From an uncultured Gemmatimonadales bacterium (lineage in GTDB: Bacteria; Gemmatimonadota; Gemmatimonadetes; Longimicrobiales; RSA9): DNA of 64,000 nucleotides. Below are positions 60,013-64,000 of the stretch, one piece after another. The stretch spans positions 128,001 to 192,000 of the forward strand of contig CAWAMW010000017.1 of assembly GCA_963783305.1 (NCBI GenBank), read 5' to 3'. The notes beneath the pieces are model-generated. The model was not told where the DNA came from. It saw nothing but the letters and a program-made list of their open reading frames with translations, and did no database searches. The translations under genes were made by a program, and so were the position numbers. The first letter of the stretch is position 1. The number at the start of each line of letters is the position of its first letter.

Positions 60013-61308
60013 CTACGGCCTGATCTCCACCGGATGATCCTTCGGCCTCGGGATGAGCTCCTCGCCCTCCGTCCGGGCGACGAAGCTGGCGGCGGTGAGG
60101 TCGCCGGTGACGTTCACCGCCGTCCGGAGCATGTCCAGGATCCGGTCCACCCCGAGGATCAGCGCGATGCCGGCGGCCGCGTGCCCACCGAGACCGACGG
60201 AGTTCAGCACCAGGATCAGGATGATGATGCCCGCGCTGGGCACGCCCGCGGCGCCGATGCTCGCCAGTGTCGCCGTGAGCACGATGGTGACCTGCTCCCC
60301 CACGCCCAGGCCCACCCCGTAGATCTGGGCGATGAACATGGTGGCCACCGCCTGGTAGAGCGCCGTGCCGTCCATGTTGATGGTGGCGCCGAGCGGCAGC
60401 ACGAAGGACGCTATCTGGGGCGAGATCCCCAGGTCCTCCTCGGCGGTCTCCATGGTCACGGGCAGCGTGGCGTTCGAGCTCGATGTCGAGAAGGCCACCA
60501 CCTGCGCTTCCACGATCCGGCGATAGAACGTGATCGGGTTCATCTTCACCAGGAACCGGACCACGAGGCCGTAGGTGAACAGGGCGTGGATCAGCAGTCC
60601 CGCCGTCACCGTCAGCGTGTAGATCAGCAGAGACCGGAGCAGGTCGAGGCCGAACTGCGCCACGACGGCCGCGATCAGCGCGAAGACCGCGTACGGCGCG
60701 AGCTTCATGATCCAGTCGATGAGCACCATGACCGCGTCGTTGACGCCCTCCGCGACCATCAGGACCGCCTGCTTCTTCTCTTCCTCCACCAGGGTGATGG
60801 CCGCCCCGAACAGGATCATGAAGATGATGAGCGGCAGCAGATCCATCTCCGCCGCCGCCTGAATCGGGTTCCGCGGGATCATGTTCAACAGCGTTTCCAC
60901 CACCGGCGGCTTCTCCGCGGCCATCGCCACCCGCTGGCCGGCTTCCGTCGCGAACGCCTGCGACAGCGTGTCCCGAGTGGCCGGATCGATGCGGCCGCCC
61001 GGCTGGATCACGTTCGACAGCACGATGCCGATCGTCACCGCCACCGCTGTGGTGGTCAGGTAGTATGCCACCGTCTTGCCGCCGATCCGGCCGAGCTTCC
61101 GAAGGTCGCCCAGCGACGCCGTACCGATCAGCAGGCTCGCGGCCACCAGCGGCACCACGACCATCGTGATGAGCCGGATGAACGCGGTGCCAATCGGCTC
61201 GACGGCGGCGAGGATCGCCTGCAGCCAGACCAGGTCCAGCACGTTCGCGATGAGCCCGACGGCGACGCCGAGTCCGAGACCGATCAGGATCTTCGTGTAG
61301 AGCTGCAT
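60013..61308 (-). CDS. Dicarboxylate/amino acid:cation symporter (GltP/DctA family)
   Basis: AFSTSSSNATLP, PLGATINMDG, SIGAAGVP, DRILDMLRT..NV.GD. Confidence 0.95.
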   Translation of the reverse strand: MQLYTKILIGLGLGVAVGLIANVLDLVWLQAILAAVEPIGTAFIRLITMVVVPLVAASLLIGTASLGDLRKLGRIGGKTVAYYLTTTAVAVTIGIVLSNVIQPGGRIDPATRDTLSQAFATEAGQRVAMAAEKPPVVETLLNMIPRNPIQAAAEMDLLPLIIFMILFGAAITLVEEEKKQAVLMVAEGVNDAVMVLIDWIMKLAPYAVFALIAAVVAQFGLDLLRSLLIYTLTVTAGLLIHALFTYGLVVRFLVKMNPITFYRRIVEAQVVAFSTSSSNATLPVTMETAEEDLGISPQIASFVLPLGATINMDGTALYQAVATMFIAQIYGVGLGVGEQVTIVLTATLASIGAAGVPSAGIIILILVLNSVGLGGHAAAGIALILGVDRILDMLRTAVNVTGDLTAASFVARTEGEELIPRPKDHPVEIRP

Positions 61309-61435
61309 TCGCCCTGACTTTGCTGTGAGATGGGGAAGCCGGCTGGTGACGGCGGGGCGAAGTTAGCGGCCGGCTCGACGCCATGCTAGGTTTCGGCCCC
61401 ATCGTACAGAGCGCGAACGTCGCATCCCTGATCCC

Positions 61436-62443
61436 ATGCTACGCGGTTTCCACATTGTCCTCCTGCTGCTCGCCAGCGTCCTCACGGGCGCGTGCGAGAC
61501 CGACGCGCCGTGGTCCGATGACACGGCCGAGGCCGTCGACACCCCTCACGACTTCGGCCCCACCGCCACCTACGGAAGACGCCTGATCTTCATGGGGCCG
61601 GGAGACCAGCTGCCCACCGCCGCCATCTTCGATTTCACCTCCCTCAGCGACGGCGTCGCCGTCCGGCGCGGGGTGCGGGCCCGGGTCCTCACGGACGAGG
61701 AGTGGACCACCGTCGTCGACGCCGGCTGGACCCTCGAGCCCATGCGCGAGCCGTGGCGCATCGTCCCCGGCGGTGGACTCAAGGTCATGGTCAACGACGC
61801 CGGCGAGATCTCCGCCCTCGCGCACCCCGGCGACCCCGAGGTGCGTCTCCGGCCGGGGGCCCTCCTCGCCGAGAACAGCCCGGACGCTGGCACGCAGTTC
61901 GTCCTGAGACAGGCCACGCTCACCGTCCGCGACGAGACGGTCCGCGGGATCCTCCTCGACTCCCAGCTGGGCAGAACCGTGAGTCCTTCGGCGGTCCCGC
62001 GGGTCGAGCCGGACCCGGCCGAACGGACCGACACCGACTCCACGATCGGTGCGCCCCCCACACCCATCGCCAGGGCCGGGGCCGAGGCCTTCCTGGTGAA
62101 CAACAGCGGCTACTACGTGGTGTTCGCCAACTCCGCAGGCGGCGCTGTGGCGTGGCTCAGCCGCTCCGGGAGCGATGAGATCGAGCGCGGGGCGACCCTG
62201 GAGCCCATCGCCGGGCCCGAGTCGCGGGGAGACGGGGAAGAAAGCGCCGTCTCCATGCCCACCCAGTGGCGGATCAGCGGCTCCGACGGCCTGACCGGCG
62301 AGCTCTCCGCCACCGCCACCGACGCGGTACCCCTCACCGGCCTGGATCCCCTCTCCGGCCTCGGATATGTCCTCGTCACCGGATGGCTGGCCGAGGACGG
62401 CGTTCGCAGGGACGTCATCGGCCTCGTCCGCCAGGTCCGGTGA
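61436..62443 (+). CDS. Hypothetical lipoprotein
   Basis: Lipobox TGAC; 335-aa ORF. Confidence 0.75.
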   Translation: MLRGFHIVLLLLASVLTGACETDAPWSDDTAEAVDTPHDFGPTATYGRRLIFMGPGDQLPTAAIFDFTSLSDGVAVRRGVRARVLTDEEWTTVVDAGWTLEPMREPWRIVPGGGLKVMVNDAGEISALAHPGDPEVRLRPGALLAENSPDAGTQFVLRQATLTVRDETVRGILLDSQLGRTVSPSAVPRVEPDPAERTDTDSTIGAPPTPIARAGAEAFLVNNSGYYVVFANSAGGAVAWLSRSGSDEIERGATLEPIAGPESRGDGEESAVSMPTQWRISGSDGLTGELSATATDAVPLTGLDPLSGLGYVLVTGWLAEDGVRRDVIGLVRQVR

Positions 62444-64000
62444 TCTCCAGCGGCGTCATCGTCGAGGCGGCCATCACCGTCGTCTTCGGGTCGCTGGCGG
62501 GCGGACTCACGAACACGATCGCCATCTGGATGCTCTTCCACCCCTACGACGCCCCGCGCGTCCGTGGGCGGCCGCTGCGGTGGGCACAGGGCGCCATCCC
62601 CAAGAACCGTGAGCGGCTGGCGGCCACCATGGGCCGGACCGTGGGCGAACGACTCCTCACCGGCGACGACCTCGCCCGGGCCCTCGCGGAGCCCGCCTTC
62701 CGCGACGCGTTCGACGAGCGCCTCGGCGCCTTCCTCCGCGCCACCCTGGAGCGCGAGCGCGGCAGCCTCGGAGAGATCCTGCCACCCGCCGTGCTGGCGG
62801 AGCTCCGGCCCATCCTGGACGACCTCGCACGGAGCGCGACCTCGCGACTCGACGAGTACCTGGCATCCGAGGCCTTCCGGGCGGCCGTCCACCGCCGCGT
62901 CCGCGCCTTCCTCGAGGAGATCGCGGACCGGCCCGTGGGCGAGCTGCTCACCGAGACGCGCGAGCAGGCCGTGGCCGACCTCGCCGACCGCCTCATCGCC
63001 GATGCCGTGGGCGGCCCCGGCTTCGAGCGGGCCGTGAAGGACTACCTGGAGCGGTCCGGCGAACGCCTGCTCCGCCCGGACCGGACCTTCGAGCAGCTGC
63101 TGCCCGTGGGGCTCGTCGCCGCCGTCGAGCGCGGCATCGCCGGCTACCTCCCGCTCGCCATCGAGCGGCTCGCCTCCCTGCTCGAGGACCCCGAGGCGCG
63201 CGACAAGGTCCGCTCGGTCCTCCACAGGCTCCTGGAGCGATTCCTCCAGGACCTGAACTTCTACAAGCGCGTCGTCGCCGCCCTGATCATCCCGCCCGAC
63301 ACCGTCGATCGGGTCATCAGTGCCATGGAGACCGAGGGCGCAGCGAACCTCTCCGAGCTCCTGCACGATGACGCCGTTCGGGACGCCATGGCCCGCAGCG
63401 TCAATGACGCCATTGTCGACCTGCTCCGCCGCCCCGTCGCCAGTGTGCTGGGACAGCCGGGAGACCCGAGCGTCGACCAGGCGCTGGACACTGTCGCCGG
63501 CTGGATGCTCGGCGTGGCCCGCGACCCGGGCACCCGCGGCTTCCTGGTGGACAAGCTCCGCTCTACGCTCGGCGCCGCCGAGGATCGAACCTGGGGTGAG
63601 CTCCTGGGCCGGATCCCGCCCGAAAAGGTGGCCGACGCCATCGTCGCCGCGGCCCGCAGCGACGAGGCGGGCGAGGTGTATCGGGAGATGGCGGACCGGG
63701 GGGTCCGGCTCGTCCTGGAACGGCCCGTCGGCCGGCCCGCCGACCTGCTGGGCGATGACGCCGCGGGTCGGATCGCCGACGCGGTTCGAGAACCGCTGTG
63801 GCGCTGGCTCCAGGAGCAGGTCCCCACCGTGGCCGCCCGCGTCGACATCTCGGGCAAGGTGGAGAAGAAGATCCTGGAGTATCCGATGGCCAAGGTCGAG
63901 GAGCTCGTCCGCGGGGTCACCGAGCGCGAGCTGCAGCTCATCGTCTATCTCGGCTACGTCCTCGGCGCCATCATCGGGCTCAGCCTGGTCACCGTCCAGC
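62440..64000 (+). CDS. DUF445 family membrane protein, runs off the window end
   Basis: Open frame from GTG 62440: GGLTNTIAIWMLFHPY, QGAIPKNRERLA, and near the end RELQLIVYLGYVLGAIIG; no stop within the window. Confidence 0.88.
   Translation, partial: MISSGVIVEAAITVVFGSLAGGLTNTIAIWMLFHPYDAPRVRGRPLRWAQGAIPKNRERLAATMGRTVGERLLTGDDLARALAEPAFRDAFDERLGAFLRATLERERGSLGEILPPAVLAELRPILDDLARSATSRLDEYLASEAFRAAVHRRVRAFLEEIADRPVGELLTETREQAVADLADRLIADAVGGPGFERAVKDYLERSGERLLRPDRTFEQLLPVGLVAAVERGIAGYLPLAIERLASLLEDPEARDKVRSVLHRLLERFLQDLNFYKRVVAALIIPPDTVDRVISAMETEGAANLSELLHDDAVRDAMARSVNDAIVDLLRRPVASVLGQPGDPSVDQALDTVAGWMLGVARDPGTRGFLVDKLRSTLGAAEDRTWGELLGRIPPEKVADAIVAAARSDEAGEVYREMADRGVRLVLERPVGRPADLLGDDAAGRIADAVREPLWRWLQEQVPTVAARVDISGKVEKKILEYPMAKVEELVRGVTERELQLIVYLGYVLGAIIGLSLVTVQ

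Overview
GC-rich bacterial chromosomal segment; gene content and lipoprotein style suggest Gemmatimonadota (inference). Left to right: (1) a visibly lower-GC SusC/SusD/lipoprotein locus, a GTAG-rich non-coding stretch and a patch of gene remnants; (2) a tRNA-Arg(ACG)-rnpB-tRNA-Arg(CCG) unit with a sigma70-type promoter, a terminator and an anti-tRNA hairpin; (3) Ig-repeat surface proteins and a translationally coupled, uncharacterised envelope operon (TANFOR-like protein, a beta-rich/coiled-coil protein sharing a domain with it, an outer-membrane barrel, an invasin-repeat lipoprotein) downstream of a propeller-sensor/NarL two-component system with phased palindromes; (4) housekeeping metabolic genes; (5) a Pho cluster (TonB receptor, lipoprotein, phoBR, porin, pstSCAB-phoU) with three sets of 11-bp-phased boxes; (6) an ECF sigma/anti-sigma unit, qor, LeuA-family and nucleotidyltransferase genes; (7) a Lon protease whose AAA+ catalytic motifs are degenerate while the Ser-Lys dyad is intact. 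Several frame disruptions look like sequencing indels. No CRISPR array, rRNA, integrase or transposase was recognised. Family assignments are from motif recognition by eye, not database searches.
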